Shown here: positions 56,301-64,000 of the stretch, in pieces
Layout: the number at the start of each line of letters is the position of its first letter
Numbering within the stretch: the first letter of the stretch is position 1
Assembly: GCF_965279025.1 (NCBI RefSeq)
Contig: NZ_OZ257132.1
Span: 1,993,318-2,057,317 of the forward strand
From: Ancylobacter sp.
GTDB lineage: Bacteria > Pseudomonadota > Alphaproteobacteria > Rhizobiales > Xanthobacteraceae
DNA: 64,000 nt
Direction of reading: 5' to 3'
Made by a program: the position numbers and the translations under genes
Notes under the pieces: generated by a model
The model's input: only the letters and a program-made list of their open reading frames with translations
What the model was told of the DNA's origin: nothing
The model's database searches: none

Positions 56301-56678
56301 CACGTCGTCGCCTGCAATGGTCGCCGCCTGCCGCTGATGCCGACCGGGCGATTCGGGGAATATGTCGCGGGCGTGCGCTTCAAGGCCTGGCAGCCGGCCT
56401 CGGGCCTGCACCCGACCATTCCGGTGCAGGCGCCGCTCACCTTCGACATCGTAGATGTCTGGTCGAACCGGTCGCTGGGCGGCTGCGTCTACCATGTCGC
56501 CCATCCCGGCGGGCGCAACTATGACAGCTTCCCGGTGAACTCCTACGAGGCGCAGGCCCGTCGCCTGGCGCGTTTCCAGAACAACGGCCACACGCCGGGA
56601 TATCTTCTCGTGCCGCCGGAGGAGCCCTCCGCCGAGTTCCCCGCGACGCTGGACCTGCGGCGGCCGGCGCGGATCTGA
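53367..56678 (+). CDS. large transglutaminase-like / DUF2126-family protein
   Basis: N-terminal '[28 protein letters not shown]', transglutaminase core '[27 protein letters not shown]...[19 protein letters not shown]', then a long DUF2126-like C-terminal region. Confidence 0.8.
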   Translation: MTIFASLHHVTAYSYDRPVSLGPQIIRLRPAPHCRTPVKSYSLKVTPSNHFVNWQQDPFGNWMARFVFPEKATEFRVEVDLIADMTVYNPFDFFIEEYAEKLPFAYPTGLAKELIPYLELEEGGPLLDGFVETIRPPAGAPTVDYLVELNQKVQQRVGYLIRLEPGVQTPDETLSLACGSCRDSGWLLVQVLRRLGLAARFVSGYLIQLKPDVKALDGPTGTEVDFTDLHAWCEVYLPGAGWIGLDPTSGLLCGESHLPLCATPNPVSAAPITGGFVAEEGTKTDFEFEMKVTRVAEKPRVTLPFSDEAWAALDALGDKVDADLAAQDVRLTMGGEPTFISIDDYQGAEWNTSAVGPTKRARADDLIRRLRKRFAPGGMLHYGQGKWYPGESLPRWTFSLYWRKDGKPIWRDPALIATEAASTASITQAQTFIEALADSLGVGAGYAEPAYEDPAHWIVKEGDLPDNVDPFDTKLEDAETRARFARVFERGLGKPSGYVLPIQRWQARAARGWVSEKWRFRRGRMFLVPGDSPAGFRLPLASLPWVPPAAYPYVNPADPMTISGDLPDAETLHQRYRRSASEEPHQEQVDQVLTGTGSVRTALTVEPRDGRLCVFMPPTERLEDYLELLAAIEVTAEELKLPVHIEGYTPPVDPRLNVIRVAPDPGVIEVNVHPAANWKTCVEITRDLYEEARLSRLGTEKFMVDGRHTGTGGGNHVVVGGAMPADSPFLRRPDLLKSLITFWQRHPSLSYLFSGLFIGPTSQAPRVDEARHDSLYELEIAMAHVPTPGKGMAPPPWLVDRLFRNLLTDVTGNTHRSEICIDKLFSPDGPTGRLGLVEFRSFEMPPDWRMSLAQQLLLRALIAWFWREPQEGPLSRWGTALGDRFMLPHFVWADFRDVLNDLGRAGYHVDPLWFEAQREFRFPYFGQVEHGGVTLELRQALEPWNVLGEEGAAGGTVRFVDSSVERLQVRVDGLNPARHVVACNGRRLPLMPTGRFGEYVAGVRFKAWQPASGLHPTIPVQAPLTFDIVDVWSNRSLGGCVYHVAHPGGRNYDSFPVNSYEAQARRLARFQNNGHTPGYLLVPPEEPSAEFPATLDLRRPARI

Positions 56679-56797
56679 GGCGATCCGTGCTTCATTCGCG
56701 CCACAGTTCGCCACTGCCGCTCCCCGCGCGCCGCTTGGTGCGTGCGGCAGCGGCGCGGGGATGGTATGCCCGTCCTTTGCGGGGGTGAGAGAGAGCC

Positions 56798-59311
56798 ATG
56801 CCCGGTCGCAGTGACCCGAAGGCACGCACGCGCCGCTTCGAAGAGGCGGCGGTTGAGGCGTTGCTGGCGGACTACAAGCCGTTGCCCGGCGTCCATGATG
56901 AACTCGTGGACGCGGAGGGCCGGCCGCGTGCGCACTGGACCGCCCTGCTGGCGGCGCTGGCGGAGATGGGCGTCGACGAGGTCAACCGCCGCTTCGGCGC
57001 CGCCGATCGCCACCTCTACCGCTCCGGCGTGTTCTACCGCGTCTATGACGACCCGAATGGCGGCGAGCGGCCCTGGCCGATCTCGCATCTGCCGCTCGTC
57101 ATCGACGCCGCCGAGTGGCGGGCGCTGGAGCAGGGGCTAATCCAGCGCGCGCAGATGCTGGAAGCGCTGCTGTCGGATCTCTATGGCGAAGGGCAGTTGG
57201 TGCGCTCGGGCGCGCTGCCGGCGGCGGCGGTGGCCGGCAATCCCGATTTCCTGCGCCCCATGGTCGGCGTCGACCCGCATGGCGGCAGCTTCCTCAAGAT
57301 CTACGCCGCCGATATCGGCCGCGGGCCGGACGGCAATTGGTGGGTGCTGTCCGACCGCACCCAGTCGCCCTCGGGCGCGGGCTATGCGCTGGAGAACCGC
57401 ATCGCCATCGCCCGCGCGCTGCCGGACCTCGCCCGCTCGCTCAACGTCATGCGGCTGGCCAGCTATTTCCAGGGCCTGCGGGCGGGGCTGACCAAGCTCG
57501 ACCGCTCCGGCGAGGGGCGGGTGGGGCTGCTCACCCCCGGCCCGCTCAACGAGACCTATTTCGAGCACGCCTATCTCGCCCGCTATCTCGGCTTCGTGCT
57601 GCTGGAGGGCGCTGATCTCACCGTACGCGACAACATGGTGTATGTGCGCACCGTGGCCGGCCTCAAGCGGGTGGACGTGCTGCTGCGGCGCCTTGATGCC
57701 GACTATGCCGACCCGCTGGAGCTGAACCCGTCCTCACGCCTCGGCGTGCCCGGACTGATGCAGGCGATCCGCGCGGGCGGCGTGGCGATGGTCAACGCGC
57801 TCGGCGCCGGCGTGGTCGAGGCGCCGGCGATGATGGGCTTCTTGCCACGCCTCGGCAAACAGGTGCTGGGCGAAGCGCCGGTGCTGCCCAATGTCGCCAC
57901 CTGGTGGTGCGGCCAGCAGGCCGAGCGCGAGCGGGTGCTCGACAGCCTCGACGATCTCGTCATCGCTCCCGCCTTCCGCCGGCCGGTGCCGGGTGCGCTG
58001 GCGGACGGCCCGGTGATCGGTGCCGATCTCGACCCCGCCCAGCGCGCGGCGGTGGAGCACGCCATCCGCACGCGCGGCGTCGACATTGTCGGGCAGGAGG
58101 CGGTGCGCCTGTCCACCATGCCGGTGTGGCGCGATGGAAAGCTGGAGCCGCGCCCGTTCATCCTGCGCATCTTCGTGGCGGCGACCGAATCGGGCTGGAC
58201 CGTCATGCCCGGCGGCTTCTGTCGCGTTTCCGACAGCCTCGACGCCCGTGCCGTGTCCATGCAGGGCGGCGGTCGCTCGGCCGATGTGTGGGTGCTCGAC
58301 GCCGCGCCGGTGGAGCAGACGACGCTGCTGCCCGCGCCCGGCACGGTGGAGGTCAAGCGCCAGACCGGCCCGCTGCCCAGCCGCGCGGCGGATAATTTCT
58401 TCTGGCTCGGCCGCTATGTCGAGCGGGCCGAATGCACGCTGCGCCTGCTGCGCACCCTGGCCGGCCGCCTGTCCTCCACCGCCGATGGCGGCGGCGGCTC
58501 GGTGCCGGCCCTGCTCGATCTCCTGAAGGACTGGGGCGCGGTTCCCGACGAACTCACCCGCGCCCGGCCGATCCGCCATGTGCTGGCGGCGCTGACCCGC
58601 CGCGATCGGCCGGGCGCCATTCCCAACCTCATCGACAATGCCCGCCACACCGCCTCGGTCATCCGCGACCGGCTTTCGCCCGATGCCTGGCGCACCCTGG
58701 CCGATCTCGGCCTGATGATGGCCGAGCCGGCCCCCGCCGCAAGCGCCGAGCCGGACGCCTATGAGCGCGCCGACCGTGCCTTGCGGGCGCTTGCCGCGTT
58801 TTCCGGCCTCGCCTCCGAGAACATGAACCGGCTCGCGGGCTGGCGCTTTCTCGATCTCGGCCGGCGTATCGAGCGCGCCATCGCCTCCTGCCGCTTCGCC
58901 CGCGCGCTGGTGGGCGAGACGCCGAGCGCCAGCACGCTCGACGTGCTGCTGGAGCTGTGCGACAGCCAGATCACCTACCGTTCGCGCTATGTCATGGTGG
59001 AAAGCCGCGCGCCGGTGCTCGATCTCGTGCTGCTCGACCCCGTCAATCCGCGCTCGCTCGCCTTTCAGATCTTCGCCATCAGCGATCATCTCGACGTGCT
59101 GCCTGGCCATGCCGGCGATGCGCTGCCGCCGCCCGAGGAGCGCCTCGCCGCCCGCCTGTCGGCGACCATGAAGGCGTTCGACGCGGTGGAGTTCGACAAT
59201 GCCCGTCTCAGCCAGATCGAGGCCCGGCTGATGGAGCTCTCCAACGACGTAGCGGAGCGCTATTTCATCCACCGCCAGCCGGTGGAAACGCCGTGGGACC
59301 TCTTGGCATGA
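56798..59311 (+). CDS. circularly permuted type-2 ATP-grasp protein fused to an alpha-E domain
   Basis: 837 aa with 'YDELVDAEGRPRAHW', 'VVLTPG-like LLTPGPLNETYFEHAYLARYLG' and 'DLTVRDNMVYVRT'. The C-terminal part, 'NFFWLGRYVERAE...SENMNRLAGWRFLDLGRRIERA', is typical of alpha-E. Confidence 0.8.
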   Translation: MPGRSDPKARTRRFEEAAVEALLADYKPLPGVHDELVDAEGRPRAHWTALLAALAEMGVDEVNRRFGAADRHLYRSGVFYRVYDDPNGGERPWPISHLPLVIDAAEWRALEQGLIQRAQMLEALLSDLYGEGQLVRSGALPAAAVAGNPDFLRPMVGVDPHGGSFLKIYAADIGRGPDGNWWVLSDRTQSPSGAGYALENRIAIARALPDLARSLNVMRLASYFQGLRAGLTKLDRSGEGRVGLLTPGPLNETYFEHAYLARYLGFVLLEGADLTVRDNMVYVRTVAGLKRVDVLLRRLDADYADPLELNPSSRLGVPGLMQAIRAGGVAMVNALGAGVVEAPAMMGFLPRLGKQVLGEAPVLPNVATWWCGQQAERERVLDSLDDLVIAPAFRRPVPGALADGPVIGADLDPAQRAAVEHAIRTRGVDIVGQEAVRLSTMPVWRDGKLEPRPFILRIFVAATESGWTVMPGGFCRVSDSLDARAVSMQGGGRSADVWVLDAAPVEQTTLLPAPGTVEVKRQTGPLPSRAADNFFWLGRYVERAECTLRLLRTLAGRLSSTADGGGGSVPALLDLLKDWGAVPDELTRARPIRHVLAALTRRDRPGAIPNLIDNARHTASVIRDRLSPDAWRTLADLGLMMAEPAPAASAEPDAYERADRALRALAAFSGLASENMNRLAGWRFLDLGRRIERAIASCRFARALVGETPSASTLDVLLELCDSQITYRSRYVMVESRAPVLDLVLLDPVNPRSLAFQIFAISDHLDVLPGHAGDALPPPEERLAARLSATMKAFDAVEFDNARLSQIEARLMELSNDVAERYFIHRQPVETPWDLLA

Positions 59312-60213
59312 AATACGACATTCACCAGAGCACCGCCTATTCCTACGCCTCCTCGGTGCCGGTGGCGCGCCATGTGGTGCGCATGGTGCCGGTCGACCGG
59401 CCGAACCAGCGCGTCGTCGCCAGCCATTTCGTCGTCGAGCCCGAGCCGGTGGAATGGACCGAGACGCGCGATTTCTTCGGCAACAAGGTGGTGCATATCC
59501 GCATCGAGACTCCGCATAAGAGCTTCACCGTGAAGACGCGGGCGCGGGTCGAGGTGGACGCACCCGCCGCGATCGCCCCCGATTCCGGCCCGAGCTGGGA
59601 GGAGACGCGGGAGGCTGCCGACGAGAGCCTCGATCTTTCCGCGCTGTCGCCGGCGCACTTCCTCTTTGCCAGCCCTGTCGTGCCGCTGAGCGAGCCGATC
59701 ACCAGCTGGACGGCCGAGAGCTTTCCGCCGGGGCGGCCGATGCTGGCCGCCTGCATCGACCTGATGACGCGCGTCTTCACGGATTTCACCTACGATTCGC
59801 GCGCCACCGACGTGTCCACGCCGGCACTTGAAGCCTTCACCATGCGGCGCGGGGTGTGCCAGGACTTCGCCCATATCATGATCGCCGGCCTGCGCGGCCT
59901 CGGACTGCCGGCGGCCTATGTCTCCGGCTTCCTGCGCACCGAGCCGCCGCCCGGCAAGGAGCGGCTGCAGGGCGCGGACGCCACGCATGCCTGGGTGGCG
60001 GTGTGGTGCGGGGAGGAGATCGGCTGGCAGGGCCTCGATCCCACCAACGACCTTCTTGTTGCCACCGATCACGTCGTGCTGGCCATCGGCCGCGACTACA
60101 CCGATGTCGCTCCCATTGGCGGCGTGGTGTTCGGCTCGGGCAAACAGAAGCTGAATGTCGAGGTGGACGTCATCCCCCTGCCGGCAGAGCCGCCCGCCGT
60201 ATCGAAGCCATAG
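59308..60213 (+). CDS. transglutaminase-family protein (Bact_transglu_N plus transglutaminase core)
   Basis: 'MKYDIHQSTAYSYASSVPVARHVVRMVP', 'GVCQDFAHIMIAGLRGLGLPAAYVSGF' and 'HAWVAVWCGEEIGWQGLDPTN'. An ATGA start/stop overlap couples it to the upstream gene. Confidence 0.85.
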   Translation: MKYDIHQSTAYSYASSVPVARHVVRMVPVDRPNQRVVASHFVVEPEPVEWTETRDFFGNKVVHIRIETPHKSFTVKTRARVEVDAPAAIAPDSGPSWEETREAADESLDLSALSPAHFLFASPVVPLSEPITSWTAESFPPGRPMLAACIDLMTRVFTDFTYDSRATDVSTPALEAFTMRRGVCQDFAHIMIAGLRGLGLPAAYVSGFLRTEPPPGKERLQGADATHAWVAVWCGEEIGWQGLDPTNDLLVATDHVVLAIGRDYTDVAPIGGVVFGSGKQKLNVEVDVIPLPAEPPAVSKP

Positions 60214-60396
60214 CGCGCGGCCTCGTCCGTCCGGGCCGCCATAGGCCGATCCGGGATCGCCCGCCCGCTTTGCGACGGGAAGACGCCGGCGAGACGTGTT
60301 GCCGATTCAATCCGAGGCGAAAGCGCTCTAGACATAGCCGGGACGCCCCCCGAATCGCGCCGCAGCCGAGCGAGCCTCTCATGATCGACCGCCCCC

Positions 60397-61740
60397 ATGA
60401 CTGACCGCGTCCCTGCCGCCGACGTTGAAGCGGACGGTTTTCTCGCCAGCCTGGCCGTCTATCTGCGCCCGCGCGTTCTCATCGTGGTGCTGCTGGGGTT
60501 TTCCTCCGGCCTGCCGCTGGCCCTGTCGGGCGCCACGCTGACCATCTGGATGGCCGAGTCGCAGGTGAACCTCACCACGATCGGCCTCTTCGCTCTGGTC
60601 GGGGTGCCCTATAATTTCAAGTTCATCTGGGCCCCGCTGGTCGACGCGCTGGACGTGCCGCTGCTGGGGCGGTGGCTCGGGCGACGGCGCGGCTGGCTGG
60701 TGTTCACCCAGCTTCTGCTCGTGCTCGCCGTGGTCTGGCTCGGTTTCCAGGACCCGGTTCTGTCGCCCTGGCATGTGGCCTTCGGCGCCCTGCTGGTCGC
60801 CACCGCCTCCGCCACGCAGGACATCGTCGTCGACGCCTTCCGCGTCGAGAGCCTGGAGGTGCGCGAGCAGGCCGCCGGCATGGCCGGCTATGTCGCCGCC
60901 TACCGGGTGGGCATGCTGGCCTCGGGCGCCGGCGTCGTGCTGCTGGTGGCATGGTTCGAGGCGCTGGGCGCGCCGCGTGCCGATGTGTGGGCCTATGGCT
61001 ACCTCGCCGCCGCGGCGATGGTCGGCGTCGGTCTGTTCGCCGCGCTGATGGCCAAGGAGCCGGCGGGCCACCCGGTGACCCGGCCCGAGGAAAACGTGCT
61101 CCGCCGCATCGGCGAGACGGCGGTTGGCGCCTTCAGCGAATTCCTGACCCGCAACAGCGCGGTGGCCATCCTGCTGTTTGTGGTGCTTTTCAAGTTCTGC
61201 GACGCCTTCGCCGGCACGCTGACCGGGGCCTTCGTCATCGGCATCGGCTTCGACAAGGCGACCTATGCCGGCGTGGTCAAGGGCGTGGGCTTCGCGGCGG
61301 CACTGGCCGGCGGCTTCGCCGGCGGGGTGATCGCCCGCGCCCTGCCGCTCTCCACCGCGCTCTGGGTGGGGGGCATCCTGCAGATGCTCTCCAACCTCGC
61401 CTTTTCCTGGCAGGCCTGGATGGGCGTGAACGTGCCGGCGCTGATGACGACCATCGTGGTCGAGAATTTCGCCGGTGCCATCGGCACGGTGATCTTCGTC
61501 GCCTATATCTCGGCGCTGTGCGGCAACCGCGCCCACACCGCCACCCAATACGCGCTGCTCACCGCGCTCGCGGCGGTGGGGCGCACCTTCCTCGCCTCCT
61601 CCGCCGGCTTCGTCGCGGTGGAGACGGGGTGGATCGTGTTCTTCGCCATCACGTCGGTGGCGGCCCTGCCGGGGCTGGCGCTCCTGGCCTATCTGCAGGC
61701 GCGCGGCCATTTCCGGGAACTGGCCGCCGGCAGCCGGTGA
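60397..61740 (+). CDS. ampG: AmpG-family muropeptide MFS permease
   Basis: 'LLGFSSGLPLALSGATLTIWMAESQVNLTTIGLFALVGVPYNFKFIWAPLVD' is characteristic of AmpG/PAT-family transporters. Confidence 0.8.
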   Translation: MTDRVPAADVEADGFLASLAVYLRPRVLIVVLLGFSSGLPLALSGATLTIWMAESQVNLTTIGLFALVGVPYNFKFIWAPLVDALDVPLLGRWLGRRRGWLVFTQLLLVLAVVWLGFQDPVLSPWHVAFGALLVATASATQDIVVDAFRVESLEVREQAAGMAGYVAAYRVGMLASGAGVVLLVAWFEALGAPRADVWAYGYLAAAAMVGVGLFAALMAKEPAGHPVTRPEENVLRRIGETAVGAFSEFLTRNSAVAILLFVVLFKFCDAFAGTLTGAFVIGIGFDKATYAGVVKGVGFAAALAGGFAGGVIARALPLSTALWVGGILQMLSNLAFSWQAWMGVNVPALMTTIVVENFAGAIGTVIFVAYISALCGNRAHTATQYALLTALAAVGRTFLASSAGFVAVETGWIVFFAITSVAALPGLALLAYLQARGHFRELAAGSR

Positions 61741-61814
61741 GGCTGCAGCGCCGCAGCTTGTAGTCTGCAGTGAAATGCAGCAGCTCCCGCAGTTGCGCCG
61801 GGGGAAACAACCGC

Positions 61815-62420
61815 TCAGAAGCTGGTGCGGGCGCGGATGGCGGCGGAGAGCGTGCCCTCGTCGAGATAGTCGAGCTCGCCGCCCACCGGCACGCCATGGG
61901 CGAGGCGCGTGACCTTCACCTGCGCCTCGCGCAGAAGCTCGGTGATGTAGTGGGCGGTGGTCTGTCCATCCACCGTTGCGCCAAGCGCCAGAAGGACTTC
62001 CGTCACCGCGCCGCCATGCGCCCGCTCGACCAGCGCGGCAATGTTGAGGTCGTCGGGACCTATTCCGTCCAGCGGCGAGAGCGTGCCGCCGAGCACATGG
62101 TAGCGCGCATTCAGCGCCGCCGCCCGCTCCAGCGCCCAGAGGTCCGACACGTCGGCGACGACCACCAGCAGGGAAGGGTCGCGCGTATCGTCGATGCAGA
62201 TCGAGCAGGGATCGCGCACATCCATATTGCCACAGACGCGGCATGTGCAAATCTTGCCGAGCACATCCTCCAGGGCGCTGGAAAGCGGGCTCATCAGCTG
62301 CTCCCGCTTCTTGATCAGGTGCAGCGCCGCCCGCCGGGCCGAGCGTGGGCCGAGGCCGGGCACGCGGGCGAGAAGCTGGATCAGGCGTTCGATCTCGGGG
62401 CCGGCAACGGCGCGGGGCAT
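61815..62420 (-). CDS. recR: recombination protein RecR
   Basis: '[26 protein letters not shown]', zinc finger '[16 protein letters not shown]' and Toprim '[15 protein letters not shown]...[19 protein letters not shown]'. Start at ATG 62420. Confidence 0.9.
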   Translation of the reverse strand: MPRAVAGPEIERLIQLLARVPGLGPRSARRAALHLIKKREQLMSPLSSALEDVLGKICTCRVCGNMDVRDPCSICIDDTRDPSLLVVVADVSDLWALERAAALNARYHVLGGTLSPLDGIGPDDLNIAALVERAHGGAVTEVLLALGATVDGQTTAHYITELLREAQVKVTRLAHGVPVGGELDYLDEGTLSAAIRARTSF

Positions 62421-62610
62421 GGCATCCTCAAGGCCGGCGGCGTGCGGGCCGGTGGTCACGGTCTAGCGCAGCCGGGCAGGGGTCGCCAAGGGCCACGGCA
62501 ACCCGTCCGTCCCATCGCCGCACGGGCGCTCCGGTTTTGCTCGACACCCGACAAGGGGGTTGCTAACCCCGATGAGGACCAATGTACGTGTCTCTTCCGG
62601 GGGGGAACCG

Positions 62611-64000
62611 ATGACGACGACGAAGGCCGCCGCACGCGCCGTCCCGCGCCTTGTCATCGGGTGCCTGCCAATCCTGCTGCTGGCGGCCGCGTCACCCGCC
62701 CACGCGGCCGAGGGGCAGGGGATAGACGGGGCGGCGCTGCCGCTGGTCTGGGGCCTGCCCTTTGTGGGCATGCTGCTGTCGATCGCCATCATCCCGCTGC
62801 TGGCCGGGCATTTCTGGCACCATCATTACGGCAAGGTGGCGCTGTTCTGGGCGCTGGCTTTCCTCGTGCCGTTCATCGCCGTCTTCGGCGCGGGCCTGAC
62901 GGTGTATGAGGTCGCGCACGCGGCGCTGCTGGAATACATCCCCTTCATCATCCTGCTGTTCTCGCTGTTCACCATCTCCGGGGGCATCCTGCTTACCGGC
63001 AATCTGCATGGCAGCCCGGGCGTGAACACCAGCCTGCTCGCCATTGGCACGGTGCTGGCCAGCCTGATCGGCACCACGGGTGCCTCCATGGTGCTGATCC
63101 GCCCGTTGCTGCGCGCCAATGATGGCCGGCGCTTCAACGTCCACACCGTGGTGTTCTTCATCTTCCTGGTGTCGAACATCGGCGGCTCGCTGACGCCGCT
63201 GGGCGACCCCCCGCTGTTCCTCGGCTTCCTGAAGGGCGTGGATTTCTTCTGGACCACGCAGCATCTCTTCCACGACACGGCGACGGTGGCGCTCATCCTG
63301 CTCGGCGCGTTCTATCTGCTCGACCGCTATTTCTATGCGCGCGAGGAGAACCTGCCGCCCAAGCCCGACCCGACGCCCGACACGGAGCGTCTCGGCCTGC
63401 GCGGACTGCGCAACCTGCCGCTCCTCGCCGGCGTCATTGCGGCCATCCTGATGAGCGCGCTGTGGAAACCGGGCATCGCGTTCGACATTTTCGGCACCCA
63501 TGTGCCGCTGCCCTCGATCGCCCGCGACCTCGGCCTGCTGGCGCTGGCCGGCATCTCTATCTGGATCACCCCCGCCTTCATCCGCGAGCGCAACGGCTTC
63601 GACTGGGAGCCGATCCGCGAGGTCGCCAAGCTTTTCGCGGCGATCTTCCTCACCATCATCCCGGTGATCGCGATCCTGAAGGCGGGGGCGAGCGGCGCGC
63701 TGTCGCCGCTGGTGGCGCTGGTGACCGACGAGGCCGGTGGGCCGGTGAATGCCGGCTATTTCTGGATGACCGGCCTGCTGTCGGGCTTCCTCGACAACGC
63801 GCCGACCTATCTGGTCTTCTTCAACCTCGCCGGCGGCGACGCGCAGGAATTGATGACCCGCCATGCGGTGACGCTGGAGGCAATTTCGGCAGGTGCGGTG
63901 TTCATGGGCGCGCTCACCTATATCGGCAACGCGCCCAATTTTATGGTGCTCGCCATCGCCAGGAGCCGTGGCGTCGCCATGCCGAGCTTCTTCGGCTACA
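62611..64000 (+). CDS. sodium:proton antiporter-like / ArsB-NhaD-superfamily permease, 3'-partial (runs off the right edge)
   Basis: Translated by hand (not in the ORF track because no stop is reached): 'MTTTKAAARAVPRLVIGCLPILLLAAASPAHA...HFWHHHYGKVALFWALAFLVPF...GASMVLIRPLLRAN...NIGGSLTPLGDPPLFLGFLKGVDFFWT'. The 390-aa antisense ORF is its shadow. Confidence 0.7.
   Translation, partial: MTTTKAAARAVPRLVIGCLPILLLAAASPAHAAEGQGIDGAALPLVWGLPFVGMLLSIAIIPLLAGHFWHHHYGKVALFWALAFLVPFIAVFGAGLTVYEVAHAALLEYIPFIILLFSLFTISGGILLTGNLHGSPGVNTSLLAIGTVLASLIGTTGASMVLIRPLLRANDGRRFNVHTVVFFIFLVSNIGGSLTPLGDPPLFLGFLKGVDFFWTTQHLFHDTATVALILLGAFYLLDRYFYAREENLPPKPDPTPDTERLGLRGLRNLPLLAGVIAAILMSALWKPGIAFDIFGTHVPLPSIARDLGLLALAGISIWITPAFIRERNGFDWEPIREVAKLFAAIFLTIIPVIAILKAGASGALSPLVALVTDEAGGPVNAGYFWMTGLLSGFLDNAPTYLVFFNLAGGDAQELMTRHAVTLEAISAGAVFMGALTYIGNAPNFMVLAIARSRGVAMPSFFGY

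Noticed and set aside
1-64000. A search for CRISPR arrays, rRNA genes and additional tRNAs.
   Set aside because: I saw no regularly spaced 25-40-bp direct repeats and no rRNA-like conserved blocks. The only tRNA-like cloverleaf I could fold is tRNA-Ser at 47416..47505.

Overview
This is a high-GC window (about 65-72% GC in hand-counted samples), and the protein families look alphaproteobacterial, possibly Rhizobiales-like, though that is only a guess.

Layout:
- **Core left arm (1-26.1 kb).** It holds a hydroxyproline-type catabolic cluster (two proline-racemase-family paralogs, two aldehyde dehydrogenases and a GMC oxidoreductase), a lytic transglycosylase and a Tat-exported FAD oxidase. It also holds a TonB receptor / substrate-binding protein / siderophore-reductase operon with a divergent TetR gene, and an MBL-fold / COG0523 GTPase / Tat-exported M14-like operon. 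Several SDR/MDR oxidoreductases, a second TetR gene, a GFA-family gene, and an MFS gene divergent from a LysR gene complete it.
- **Mosaic genomic island (about 26.4-47.4 kb).** It abuts the 3' end of tRNA-Ser(GGA) and is bracketed by imperfect direct repeats of about 120-135 bp with a 21-bp near-perfect core.
  - The left end is an AT-rich islet (about 37-45% GC) with an AbiC-like membrane protein and a 704-aa GHKL-ATPase fused to a Shedu-like PD-(D/E)xK nuclease. This fusion is my best candidate for an undescribed defence system.
  - Next come a 5'-truncated HNH gene, an RHH gene and a relaxase gene cut by an IS3/IS407-group element that has no target-site duplication.
  - The IS also truncates a TcB/TcC-like FG-GAP + RHS polymorphic toxin, whose AT-rich C-terminal toxin and immunity cassette looks recently swapped.
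  - The rest holds gene fragments, a cNMP-binding TrxR-like gene with poxB, an integrase C-terminal remnant and a serine hydrolase.
- **Core right arm (47.7-64 kb).** It holds an RND efflux pair, the conserved DUF2126 / circularly permuted ATP-grasp + alpha-E / transglutaminase cluster, ampG, recR and a partial antiporter-like gene.

I found no rRNA genes and no CRISPR array. Most long antisense ORFs in the track are high-GC shadow ORFs.
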